From a bacterium (GTDB taxonomy: Bacteria; Planctomycetota; UBA1135; UBA2386), in NCBI GenBank assembly GCA_024743115.1, contig JANSXC010000003.1, positions 52,382 to 116,381 on the forward strand: a stretch of 64,000 nt of DNA, read 5' to 3'. The number at the start of each line of letters is the position of its first letter. The stretch's first letter is position 1. The translations under genes were made by a program, and so were the position numbers. Of the stretch, positions 27,686 through 37,395 are shown piece after piece. The notes under the pieces were generated by a model. That model was not told the origin of the DNA and did not search any database. It was given only the letters and a program-made list of their open reading frames with translations.

Positions 27686-29451
27686 GATGCCTCGGCCACG
27701 GTTGCTGCGGCCACCTCCTCGGGAATCCGAAACACGAAACAAGCACCGGCGCCGCCATCGCCGGGCGCGACGCAGGCGAGTTCCCCGCCGAGCCGACGCA
27801 TGATGACGCGCGCCAGGTAGAGCCCGACACCGATACCGGGCGTGCTGCCGTGCGCGTGCGCCGCGCCGCGTGTGAACCGTTCGAAGATGCGCTCACGCTC
27901 GGCGACGGGCACGCCCCCCCCATGATCTCGCACCGTGAGCACGAGCGCGCCAGGCTCGCTCGTGAGCCCGATCTCGACCGGTGAACGGCCGTACTTGCGG
28001 GCATTGTCGAGCACGGAGATCAGCGCCTGCACGAGCGCCGCGCGATCAACGCACGCCATCATGGCCTGCGCCGGCGCCTCGAACACGAGCCGCGACGCCT
28101 CCCGTTCCGCGAGCGGTTCGAGCATCGTGACCGTCTCCTGCACGATCTCACTGACGTCACAAGGCCGCAGGTCGTAGGCCCGTTCGCCGCGTTCGAGCCG
28201 GCCGAGATCGAGCACATTCTCGATCAGCATCGACAGTCGACCGGACTCGCTCGCGAGCATGCGGTAGTAGTCGTTCTCACGGCCCCGCGCCCGGCCTTCG
28301 ACGAGCATCTCACCGAGCAGGCGGATCGACGCCAGCGGCGTCTTGAGCTCGTGTGTGACCGTCGTGAGGAACTCCGCCTGCGCACGAACGGCGGCGGCCT
28401 CGCGACGCTGCGCGCGCAACTGCTGCGCGACGGCCAGGCCGAACGCCGCGAGCAGCACGAGCGTCAGCGTGGGCAGTAGCCACCGGCCCTCCGCGCGTGA
28501 CCAACCACTCGCGGGCTGCAGGCCTCGCACGAACGGAATCGCGGCAAAGCCGGGGACCGGCGAGTCGTCGACCATGGGCTCGACGAGCCAGGGCCACTCG
28601 GGCAAAGGCGGCTTGCCCGCAGTCGTGCGCACGGCCGCGAGGAACTCGGCGACCTCGAGCGACCGCACATCGAAGCCGCCGTCGGGATGCGGCTGCCACC
28701 ACAGCAACTCGGCGCGATCGTGGCCGTGGACTCCCGCACCCTGCCGCGGTGAGACCTGCTGCCAAACGTCGAACGCCGCGCGAATCGCTGCGCGGCGGGT
28801 CGCCACGCGCGCACGCTCGGTCACATCCACGTCCGTCGGCAACGGCGTCACGGCCGGCAGCAGAGCGACCCGCTGCACCAACCAGTCCGGCCGGCCATCG
28901 GGTCCGAGCAACCGCAACATGGCCGCCACCGCCGTCGCGACCGTCTCGCGGCCGTACATCGCCGGCGCGAGCGGTTCCGCGAGTTCGAAGAACTCGCCCA
29001 CGAATTCGCGTTCGCGTTCCGCCGCCCCGGCCCGTCGCGCCTGCCATGCCGCCGCCGCGAGAACCCGGAGCCGCATCGGCACTGGCAAACCGATCTGCCG
29101 CAGGTCGTCGAATGCCCGCCGCGCCGCCGCCGGATCTCCGGACCCGAACTCGGCGCGCGCGGCCCGATCGAGCCGATCCTGGGCCAGCAGGTCCGAATCC
29201 GCTGCTGCCGCGATCGGTTCGAGCCAGCCGAGGTCCGGATCGACGACCGGCCGGGTGCCGCGAATCACGAATCGGGTACCCGCTGCCGCCTCGAACACGG
29301 CCGGCGACCGGATCGAACGCTCGAGCAACCGCGCGGCTACGGCCTCGGAACGATCGAGCTCGAGTGCCCGCGCCGACGATTCGAGCTCCCACGTGCGCCA
29401 GATCTGGAACACGAGCAGGACCGCCAGCGTCACTCCTGAGAGCAGGAGCAC
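27682..29451 (-). CDS. sensor histidine kinase (two TM segments, periplasmic sensor, HisKA + HATPase)
   Basis: H-box VTHELKTPLASIR, N-box LDNARKY, G1 DHGGG, F-box IFERF, G2 GIGVGL. Start uncertain. Confidence 0.92.
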   Translation of the reverse strand: MLLLSGVTLAVLLVFQIWRTWELESSARALELDRSEAVAARLLERSIRSPAVFEAAAGTRFVIRGTRPVVDPDLGWLEPIAAAADSDLLAQDRLDRAARAEFGSGDPAAARRAFDDLRQIGLPVPMRLRVLAAAAWQARRAGAAEREREFVGEFFELAEPLAPAMYGRETVATAVAAMLRLLGPDGRPDWLVQRVALLPAVTPLPTDVDVTERARVATRRAAIRAAFDVWQQVSPRQGAGVHGHDRAELLWWQPHPDGGFDVRSLEVAEFLAAVRTTAGKPPLPEWPWLVEPMVDDSPVPGFAAIPFVRGLQPASGWSRAEGRWLLPTLTLVLLAAFGLAVAQQLRAQRREAAAVRAQAEFLTTVTHELKTPLASIRLLGEMLVEGRARGRENDYYRMLASESGRLSMLIENVLDLGRLERGERAYDLRPCDVSEIVQETVTMLEPLAEREASRLVFEAPAQAMMACVDRAALVQALISVLDNARKYGRSPVEIGLTSEPGALVLTVRDHGGGVPVAERERIFERFTRGAAHAHGSTPGIGVGLYLARVIMRRLGGELACVAPGDGGAGACFVFRIPEEVAAATVAEAS

Positions 29452-29523
29452 GGTCTGGATGCGGTATCGGGATTGCGAGCGCAGGCGGTCGATTCCTGCA
29501 CGATAGGAGGCCCGCGCGGCGAC

Positions 29524-29551
29524 CTGTCAAGAAACGGTCAAGCGCTGTCAG
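29524..29551 (-). promoter_or_regulatory. direct-repeat box upstream of the two-component operon, overlapping a TTGACA -35
   Basis: Plus strand CTGTCAA-gaaa-CGGTCAA-gcg-CTGTCAG. On the minus strand, TTGACA-N19-TATCGT. Confidence 0.55.
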
Positions 29552-29561
29552 GACCGCGGCG

Positions 29562-31292
29562 CTACCAACGCGTCCGTGAGAGGAAGCGGGTGCGCGTGAA
29601 GTAGTCGACCGAGACCACGGTCGCCGCATCCTGGCGCGCAAGCTCCGGTGCCAACGTCGCAAACAGCCCGATCATCGCTGACCAGGGATCGTCCTCGACC
29701 TCGCCGCTCGCGGTCTGCTGTAGGTAATCGGGGCCGACGACCTGCTCGACCGACTTCGTGATGTTGCTGATGATCTCGGTCATCGACGCGACTTCGATCC
29801 CGTGCCACCGGCTCGGCATCCGCGCGAGGCGCTCCTCGACCTCCGGCCGGAACTCGAACTCGTCCTCGGCATCCGCCGTGCCAACGCGGTCGAGTACCGC
29901 CCGCACGTTGTGCCGGACGCCCTCGCCGTCGCCGAGCCCGATCACGAGCAGATCCCCCTTGATCGCGTACTCGAGCGGGAACACACCGAGCAGCGCCAGA
30001 CGGTAGATCTTGGTGCCGGCGTAGTCCTGGCTCTTGCGGCCGACATGGAGCCCGCGCGCGCGAATCACCGTGTCGAGGTTCTTCGCCATCGTCTCGCCAT
30101 TGCGCACGGCCACCGCGAGGCAGTTGTTGGAATACTCGAGCTGCACCCTCGTGAGGGGCTCATCGGAATCGTCTTCGAGAATGCCGACGGGCATCGTCGG
30201 GTCCTGCAGCAGGATGTACTCGTCACCGATCAGCGCGAGCACGTCCTCGACGAGCCGTAGCTTGGTCGCCTGCAGGAACTGCTCTTCGAGTTCTTCACGG
30301 CTCATGGTCATCACCCCATCCAGGATCTCGAACATCCGTGGATAGTACTCTTCGAGTTTGCGACCATCGAACGGCGACACCGACCAGGTCCGCGACGACG
30401 GCGGCACGAAGCGCAGCAGTTCGGGGCGCTGGCGGCGAGTCGGCGAGAGCAGACCGAGCAGCCCACGTTCGGTGCCGTTGAACTCGACCCCGAGCGACTG
30501 CGCGACGAAGTGACCGTCGGGAAAAAGCGTGAGCGTGACGTTGTCCGCGCTGCCGAAGCCGAGATCGCGAACCATCGCCATCCACTGCGCCGGTCCGGTG
30601 TCCGTCTCGACGTCGCACAGGCGAGCAACCATCGCGCCCGTGTTGATCTGCAGACCGAACGTCGCACCCTGCACGTGTTCGGCGATCGGCTCGGGCGAAT
30701 CCGCCGGCAGATCGAAGAACAGCCTGGCGTCACGCTCGACATCGGATCCACCGACGAGCACGAGACAGCCGTTGACGAAAACGGGTCCCGCGATCGAGTA
30801 GACCTTGCCCGCTCGCACCGGCGCAGAGACGCCACCGAGGGTGATCTCCGAACCGGTCGCAGGCGGCAGCACGACATCGAGCGCCGCCTTGAGCTCGTTG
30901 AGATCGAAGTCGGGATCAGGGCCGAGCGCGATGAGGGCAGCCCCCGGCAGCGGTTCGGGGCCGAAGGTCAGCTTCGACCAGTCCGCGCGAATGGCGATCG
31001 CGACCTCGCCGCCATACGCCTGCAGCAGCTGCGGCATCGATTCGGCGCGCGCCCGGCGCTCGCCCGAGAGCTCACTGCTGTTCGCAATCGCGGTGAACAA
31101 CCGCTTCCAGCTCGGCTTCATCGCGGGGCTCGCGAACGCCTTGCCGAGGCCCGTGCTCTCGAACTCGCGACGCCACGCGGCGGGGCCACGCATCCGTATC
31201 ACGACCTCGCAGTCCGCGGGGACGAACTGCAGCGGATCCGCGTTCTGGGCGAGGAGCGCGGCCGTACACAGCAGCGGGGCGAGGATGCGCAT
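29562..31292 (-). CDS. secreted protein, DUF3352-like
   Basis: Signal peptide ending LLA-Q; internal two-fold pattern DPLQFVPAD / ELLRFVPPS; EDVLALIGDE. Confidence 0.65.
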   Translation of the reverse strand: MRILAPLLCTAALLAQNADPLQFVPADCEVVIRMRGPAAWRREFESTGLGKAFASPAMKPSWKRLFTAIANSSELSGERRARAESMPQLLQAYGGEVAIAIRADWSKLTFGPEPLPGAALIALGPDPDFDLNELKAALDVVLPPATGSEITLGGVSAPVRAGKVYSIAGPVFVNGCLVLVGGSDVERDARLFFDLPADSPEPIAEHVQGATFGLQINTGAMVARLCDVETDTGPAQWMAMVRDLGFGSADNVTLTLFPDGHFVAQSLGVEFNGTERGLLGLLSPTRRQRPELLRFVPPSSRTWSVSPFDGRKLEEYYPRMFEILDGVMTMSREELEEQFLQATKLRLVEDVLALIGDEYILLQDPTMPVGILEDDSDEPLTRVQLEYSNNCLAVAVRNGETMAKNLDTVIRARGLHVGRKSQDYAGTKIYRLALLGVFPLEYAIKGDLLVIGLGDGEGVRHNVRAVLDRVGTADAEDEFEFRPEVEERLARMPSRWHGIEVASMTEIISNITKSVEQVVGPDYLQQTASGEVEDDPWSAMIGLFATLAPELARQDAATVVSVDYFTRTRFLSRTRW

Positions 31293-31383
31293 GCGCGCAT
31301 CGGACGCCCCGCTGTCGGTCCTGGCAAGCCCTGACAGTCGGAGCTCGCTCAGGAAGTCGGCTGCAGCTCGCCGACGCTGGTCG

Positions 31384-32142
31384 CTAGAAGCGGATACCGC
31401 CGCCGACGATCAGGCCGCTGAGACCCAGGTCGATGTCGATGCTGTCGCCGTCGATCTCGCCCTCGCCCTCGAAACTGATCGAGCGATAGCCGACGAACAG
31501 GTTGAGCGGCTCGAGCGCCGTGAGTTCGAGCAGCGCCTCGACATCGAGCAGGTTGGCCTCGACGTCTTCGACGTCGACGGCGACGTAGCCGACCTCACCC
31601 ACGAGCTGCAGGAAGTCGGCAATGTCGATCTCGGCGCGGCCGAACAACATCGGCAGCGGCGCCGACAGCTGGATGTCTTCGCTCGCGATACCGATCGAGT
31701 CGCGCACGAGGATCGACAGGTCGATCAGGTTGACCGCGAGGCCGGGCTGGAGCGAGACGGGGCCGAGCGGAATCTCGAACGTGTAGGCGATCTTCGCGCT
31801 CGCCATCTCGAAGTCCGTGAGCACCGGCACGCCCGCGGCGACACCACCGAAGTTCTGCGTCAGCAGACCGCGGCCATCGTCCTCGAACAGGAAGCCCGAC
31901 ACCGAGAGGTTCGGGACGCCGAAGTCCATGTTGGCCCGCACGTAGGGCGTGCCCTGGTCGTCGCCGAGGCCGAGCCCCGACTCGATGTCGTCCTGGATCG
32001 ATACGCCGCCCGTGCCCGTGACGTAGCCGATGTCACCGTCGAGAGCGAGCTGGGCGAAACCGCCCTGAGCCGTGATCTCGAACTGGTAGCACGAGGTGAA
32101 GAATACGAGCGCTGGAAGCGCCAGCAGGTGACGAATACGCAT
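31384..32142 (-). CDS. outer-membrane beta-barrel protein with lipoprotein-type signal (TIGR04219-like)
   Basis: MRIRHLLALPALVFFTS-C; alternating strands; PLPMLFGRAE, FVGYRSI; C-terminal GGGIRF. Confidence 0.75.
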   Translation of the reverse strand: MRIRHLLALPALVFFTSCYQFEITAQGGFAQLALDGDIGYVTGTGGVSIQDDIESGLGLGDDQGTPYVRANMDFGVPNLSVSGFLFEDDGRGLLTQNFGGVAAGVPVLTDFEMASAKIAYTFEIPLGPVSLQPGLAVNLIDLSILVRDSIGIASEDIQLSAPLPMLFGRAEIDIADFLQLVGEVGYVAVDVEDVEANLLDVEALLELTALEPLNLFVGYRSISFEGEGEIDGDSIDIDLGLSGLIVGGGIRF

Positions 32143-32179
32143 GGTTGGTTCCTTCTTCTGACCGGTTGCGTGACGGCGA

Positions 32180-33070
32180 CTAGCGCGCCGTCACGTCGAG
32201 CGTGTCGACGTTGATGTCGAAGACGCCGACATCCGTGACATCGAGCACGGCGATGTTCGTCTTGTTGAACGTCAAGGTGCCGCTGACCGTCTGACTCGTG
32301 GCTTGATTCGTCAGCGACCACGTGATCACACCGCGCGGGTACTCCTGCCCGGGCTCCTCGTCGGTGAAGATCTGCGAGAAGCCGAACGTGAAGACGCAGA
32401 CTTCGCCGCTGACGTTCGTGCTGATGTTGCAGTCCTGCACCGGCGGCGTCGGCGAACCGACCGCCGCAACGCCCTCGGTCGCCGCGAGCTCTTCGAGTTC
32501 GTTCTGGTTGGCCGAACCGGCAATCATGCCTGTGAACGCGCACGGGTTGGTCGTCGCGCCCGTCGAGAACGAGGTGCCACCGCTGACCGTGCCATTGGTG
32601 TTGCAGGTCGCGCCTTCATAGATGGTCCACTCGCCGACCATGAACGGACGACCCGAGGCATGGCGATTGCGAAGCTCCGTCGCCGCGTCATCGATCGCCT
32701 GCGAGAGGCTGACCGTCGACAGCGTGAAGCCGGTCTCCGGCGCGCCGCCAGTCGGCGCGTAGAACTGGATGACGCCGGCGATCTGGAAGACGCCACCGAT
32801 ATCCATGCAGTAGTCGATCCCGGTGCCGTTGTAGTTCCACTCGAGGCCCGTCGGGTCCGGCGGGTTGTTCGTGTTGTCGCCCTGACGCCAGAGGTTGCTG
32901 AAGTCGACCACCGCATCGAGCCGGCGGAAATGCGGCGGGATGCAATCGGTGACCAGTTCGACCTTGGCTTGCAGGTCGGGATCGAGCGCCGAGGTGACCT
33001 TGCTGTCACAGCTGGTGCCGGCCAAAACGAGCAAGAGGCAAGAAGACGTCAGGAGACGCGACGAGAGCAT
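32180..33070 (-). CDS. Cys-containing acidic lipoprotein, function unknown
   Basis: GGAGG RBS; MLSSRLLTSSCLLLVLAGTS-C lipobox; beta-rich C-terminus. Confidence 0.75.
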   Translation of the reverse strand: MLSSRLLTSSCLLLVLAGTSCDSKVTSALDPDLQAKVELVTDCIPPHFRRLDAVVDFSNLWRQGDNTNNPPDPTGLEWNYNGTGIDYCMDIGGVFQIAGVIQFYAPTGGAPETGFTLSTVSLSQAIDDAATELRNRHASGRPFMVGEWTIYEGATCNTNGTVSGGTSFSTGATTNPCAFTGMIAGSANQNELEELAATEGVAAVGSPTPPVQDCNISTNVSGEVCVFTFGFSQIFTDEEPGQEYPRGVITWSLTNQATSQTVSGTLTFNKTNIAVLDVTDVGVFDINVDTLDVTAR

Positions 33071-33158
33071 TGGATTCCTCCGAGATGGCCGAGTGGTATC
33101 CATCGGCGTTGGGGATAGATAGAAGCGGCGCTGCGAGTTTACCCTGACAGGGAGCACC

Positions 33159-35117
33159 ATGGCCATCCCGCGTCGGAACTACGGTCGCACCGCCATCCTT
33201 CTCGCGATTTGTGGGGTCGGGATCGGGATCTGGCTATTCGGTGAAGGGGAGAGTGCTGCGCCGAGGGATCTGGAGCCGGCAAGGACACCCGGGCCGGCGA
33301 CCGATCGCATCGACTCCGCTCGAGGGACGATCGAGGAATCGGCAAACCCCGATCGACACGGCGATGCGGCCCCGTCGACGAAGCCTGGCGCGACCGACTC
33401 CGCGACGGTCGAAGTCGAACTGACGTGCGAATCACCGAACGAAATCCGAACGCTCGCGATCGATGCGTTCACCTCACACGGCACGGCCGTAGTCGCGCAT
33501 GCAATCGGTCGACCGATCGCGACGGGCGCGATCGCAACCCTGGAGATCGCGCCACTGACATGGCACCGAATCCAGGTGACCGCTGACGACGGGATCGTGC
33601 TGTCGCGAAGACTCCGCCTCGGCAACGGCGAGCACCACCGCATCCTCGTCCCGTGCCCACCACGAACTGCCGAGATCCAGGTCGTCGGGCCTTCACCGGA
33701 GCTGCTACCCCACCTCCAACTCGATATCACGGATCGCGGCCAGCCCGATACGCCCGCAATCCGCACGGGGCTCGACGAGTCCGGCGCCTGCCGCGTCCGC
33801 ATCGTCGGGCCGGCCGTTGCCAGGATTCGAACGACGCGTCGGACGGCCGTCGCCGCCGTCACGACCGATGGGCGGCGAGAGTTCGAACCCGGGTCCGAAC
33901 CCGTTCGACTGACGCCACGAGAACCACTGCTCGGCGTCGTCGTGCAGGCCAGCGGCGAAGCCCTCCCGGCGATGGTTCACCTCGACCCACGGCAGGTCCA
34001 CTACGACGTGGAGCGAGCCCCCGCGGACCGCGCGGCGTGCACGGTCTTTCGCCGCGAACGAGCCGAACGCGCGACGCGAATCGCGATCTCCACCGCGGCC
34101 GGAGGCCGGCAGTTCGCAGACCCACAGAGCGCGAAGCAGGCCGCGGACGTCTGGACCTTCTCGATCTACGACCTCACGAACGTCGGCGAGCTGCGGGTGC
34201 GATTCGAGGGCGACATCACGGACGAAGGAACGTCCCAACGCGCCCAACTGTGGGTGCAATCGCAGGCGTCGGACGATCGCCAACGCCTCGCTCCTGCGCC
34301 CGACCGCGATGGCTACGTGGCCTATCTGCCCGTCGGCGACTACCGGCTGTTCTGGCTGCCCACCCCCGGCCGCGAGGAGACGGCGGTCGACTTCGTCCGC
34401 ATTGCGGCATCTGAGCCAACCGAACTAGAGCTCGCACCGCGCGAACTCCAACGCTGGCAGATCCGTTTTCCGGCGGCTCCGGCCGGCGTGATGCTCGACC
34501 TGGAGTGGCCCGCCGAGAGTCATGCCGGCAGCTCCGACGCGGGGCGTTTCGAAGCCGATCTCGGCCGTATCCCGCGAGTCGGCGAACGCGCCACGATTCG
34601 CCTCGACCATCAGGAGCGCGAGTTCGTCGCCGAGTTCACGAGCGTCGACACCGCGAACCGCCACGCGACGATCACGTCCGCCCTCACGAAGGCGGACGCG
34701 GTAACGATCAACGTCGAGCCGCTCGAACACGGTGGGGATCCCGATCTGCGGCTCGCGGACGCCAGCCTCGGGTCGACGCGGGTCTGGCTGCTGCCCGGCG
34801 ATCGCCTGCGATTGCACAGCACCGAGATCGTCGACGACCAGCGCCAGATGCTCGGCTGGTTCGATGTCACACCCGGCCAACCGGAGGTGACACTGCGCCC
34901 GCGCGGCCGCTGGGCAACGATGCGCTTCGAACGCGATCGCGGCAGCGCGCGTGTCGTTCACGTCGGCGCGGACTCGGAGACCGTCGAACTCAAACTGCGG
35001 CCGACGACGACGCCGTTCCGATTCTTCGTCGCGGACGGCACGACGGCGATCCATGTGGAGGTGGACAGCGTGCGTCAGACGTTCGGCACCAACCTGGCCG
35101 AGTTCGTCGTGCGTTGA
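33159..35117 (+). CDS. membrane-anchored hypothetical protein with tandem beta-sandwich (carboxypeptidase-regulatory-like) domains
   Basis: GGGAG RBS; N-terminal TM, Pro/Thr linker, LPVGDYRL-type motif. Confidence 0.65.
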   Translation: MAIPRRNYGRTAILLAICGVGIGIWLFGEGESAAPRDLEPARTPGPATDRIDSARGTIEESANPDRHGDAAPSTKPGATDSATVEVELTCESPNEIRTLAIDAFTSHGTAVVAHAIGRPIATGAIATLEIAPLTWHRIQVTADDGIVLSRRLRLGNGEHHRILVPCPPRTAEIQVVGPSPELLPHLQLDITDRGQPDTPAIRTGLDESGACRVRIVGPAVARIRTTRRTAVAAVTTDGRREFEPGSEPVRLTPREPLLGVVVQASGEALPAMVHLDPRQVHYDVERAPADRAACTVFRRERAERATRIAISTAAGGRQFADPQSAKQAADVWTFSIYDLTNVGELRVRFEGDITDEGTSQRAQLWVQSQASDDRQRLAPAPDRDGYVAYLPVGDYRLFWLPTPGREETAVDFVRIAASEPTELELAPRELQRWQIRFPAAPAGVMLDLEWPAESHAGSSDAGRFEADLGRIPRVGERATIRLDHQEREFVAEFTSVDTANRHATITSALTKADAVTINVEPLEHGGDPDLRLADASLGSTRVWLLPGDRLRLHSTEIVDDQRQMLGWFDVTPGQPEVTLRPRGRWATMRFERDRGSARVVHVGADSETVELKLRPTTTPFRFFVADGTTAIHVEVDSVRQTFGTNLAEFVVR

Positions 35118-35147
35118 GTCCGCGGGACGGTCGAGTAGAACTGCAGC

Positions 35148-36605
35148 ATGACCTTCGCGCCGCCGCCCGAACGCCGCATGTTCTGCAACCGCACGCTCAA
35201 CATGCGTTCGATCCAGGTCGTCGGTTTCGACATGGATTACACGCTCGTGCATTACGACGTGAAGGAGTGGGAGGCGCGCGCCTATGCGCACGCGCGGCGG
35301 CGGCTGGTCGAGGAAGGGCTGCCGCTGGAGGGCCTGGAGTTCGATGCCGAACGGTTCGCGCGCGGGCTCGTCATCGACCTCGAGACCGGCAACATCGTCA
35401 AAGCCAATCGTTTCGGCTATGTCACGCAGGCCGCACACGGCATGGCCGCGATGCGACACGACGAGCAGCGGCGCTCCTACGCGCAGGTCTGGGTCGATCT
35501 CAGCGAGCCGCGTTGGGTGTTCCTCAACACGCTGTTCTCGCTGTCCGAAGCCTGCCTATACGCGCAGCTCGTCGACCTGCTCGACGCCGGTCGCCTGCCG
35601 AACGTCGCACCCGACGACTACCGCAAGCTCTACGATTTCGTCGGCCGCGGGATGGACGCCGCCCACCTCGAAGGCGCGCTCAAGGCGGAGATCATCGCCG
35701 ACCCCGAACGCTTCGTGGAGTTCGACCGCGACCTGCCGCGCGCGCTGCTCGACCTGCGACACGCGGGTAAGAAGCTGTTTCTCGCCACCAACAGCGAGTG
35801 GTCCTACACGGCGCCGATGATGCGCTACGTCTTCGACCGTTACCTGCCCGAAGGCATGGACTGGCGCGGGCTGTTCGACCTCGTGATCGTGCAAGCCAGA
35901 AAGCCGAAGTTCTTCGTCGGTGACGAACCGTTCGAGCTCGTCGACGAAGGCTCGGGCGCGACGCAGCCGCACACGGGCCCGCTCGACGACCGCTCCGTGT
36001 TCCAGGGCGGCAACTCCAAACTCGTGCAGCAGCACTTCGGCGTCGACGGCGGCGAGATCCTGTATGTCGGCGACCACGCGTATGCCGACGTGCACGTCAC
36101 CAGTCGCATTCAGCGCTGGCGCACCGTGCTGATCCTGCGCGAACTCGAACGCGAAGTGCGCGAAGAGCAGGCATTCGCCCCGGATCAGGCCCGACTCACC
36201 GAGCTGATGACCGAGAAGGAGCACCTCGACGAAGAGCAGGCGATGCTGCGCCTCGCGCTGCTGCGGATCGATCGTGACGGCAAGCCGATCGACGGCCTGC
36301 CGACAACCGCCAACGAACTGCACGAACGCCTGCGCGCGCTGCGCCCCGCGATCGAGGAGCTCGACGGCCGGATCTCCCCGCTCGCGGCCGCCGCCAATCG
36401 CATCGGCCACGCACAGTGGGGCCCGTTCATGCGCGCCGGCATCGACAAGAGCCGGCTCGCGCGCGAGATCGAAGGCTTCGCCGACATCTACACGTCGCGC
36501 GTTTCGAACCTGCTGTACCTGTCGCCGTTCGGCTATCTGCGCGCCGTACGCGGCACGCTGCCGCACGACGCGACGCTGCCTCAGGCCGATTCGGATTCGC
36601 CGTAG
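35148..36605 (+). CDS. HAD-IG family 5'-nucleotidase (cN-II-like)
   Basis: FCNRTLNM, GFDMDYTL, FLATNS, ARKPKFF, LYVGDH, ADIYTSRVSNL. Confidence 0.95.
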   Translation: MTFAPPPERRMFCNRTLNMRSIQVVGFDMDYTLVHYDVKEWEARAYAHARRRLVEEGLPLEGLEFDAERFARGLVIDLETGNIVKANRFGYVTQAAHGMAAMRHDEQRRSYAQVWVDLSEPRWVFLNTLFSLSEACLYAQLVDLLDAGRLPNVAPDDYRKLYDFVGRGMDAAHLEGALKAEIIADPERFVEFDRDLPRALLDLRHAGKKLFLATNSEWSYTAPMMRYVFDRYLPEGMDWRGLFDLVIVQARKPKFFVGDEPFELVDEGSGATQPHTGPLDDRSVFQGGNSKLVQQHFGVDGGEILYVGDHAYADVHVTSRIQRWRTVLILRELEREVREEQAFAPDQARLTELMTEKEHLDEEQAMLRLALLRIDRDGKPIDGLPTTANELHERLRALRPAIEELDGRISPLAAAANRIGHAQWGPFMRAGIDKSRLAREIEGFADIYTSRVSNLLYLSPFGYLRAVRGTLPHDATLPQADSDSP

Positions 36606-37342
36606 ATCGATTTGCGAATCTTCTCGCCGCGATTGCCTTGCACGTAGCCGAGGATGCCCATGCCCGGCCCGAGGATCATGTAACACCAGCCGGGGGCGCC
36701 GATGTCAACCCCGACGTTGGCCACCGCCAACCCGACCGACGTCGCGGCCACAGCCATCTGAAAGTAGAACCGCGTCAGGCTCGCCTGGGTCTGATAGACC
36801 TCGTAGGCGTCGAGCTGCATGACCTCACGCTGAGACAAGGCGCGCCGATACATCAATACGAAGATCAGGAAGATCAGCAGATAGCCACCGCTGTAATAGC
36901 CAAAGATCCACGGCGAGTCGACGTTGCTACCCTGCGTGATCGAAGCGAGATCGAGGCTGCCGATCGGACCGAAGAACCCGATGAACATCAGCGTGAACAG
37001 GAACTTCAGCGGGTAGGCATAGACCAGAACGAGAAACAACAGCGTGAGATTGAGGAACGCCGTCGTGCCATCGCGCAGATTGAACCGCCGCGAAAACAAC
37101 CAGTGCTCGAACCACAGGTAACACGTAATCGCAAACGCGGGCAACGCGGCCAACAGCGACTTGATCGCAGCTTCGAGTTCGAAGAACGATTCGGGCGCCG
37201 CATCGCGCAGGAACAACAGCGCGAGCACGATCGCAAACACCGCATCGGTGAAGCTCTCGAGCCGCGAGACGTCTTTCTCGCCGCGCCACCGAAAGCCGCG
37301 ATCGATCCGCCGCGGTGTGACTGGCGCAACTGCCTCGCTCAT
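36581..37342 (-). CDS. TMEM175 (DUF1211) family ion channel
   Basis: FRWRG...SRLESFTDAVFAIVLALL, W..H..F.RRF.L.D, YPLKFLF; about six TM segments. Confidence 0.9.
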   Translation of the reverse strand: MSEAVAPVTPRRIDRGFRWRGEKDVSRLESFTDAVFAIVLALLFLRDAAPESFFELEAAIKSLLAALPAFAITCYLWFEHWLFSRRFNLRDGTTAFLNLTLLFLVLVYAYPLKFLFTLMFIGFFGPIGSLDLASITQGSNVDSPWIFGYYSGGYLLIFLIFVLMYRRALSQREVMQLDAYEVYQTQASLTRFYFQMAVAATSVGLAVANVGVDIGAPGWCYMILGPGMGILGYVQGNRGEKIRKSIYGESESA

Positions 37343-37395
37343 GCCGCATAGGATGCCGAGGTAACGGCACGAAGGGAACGCGGTAGAGTGGCGGA

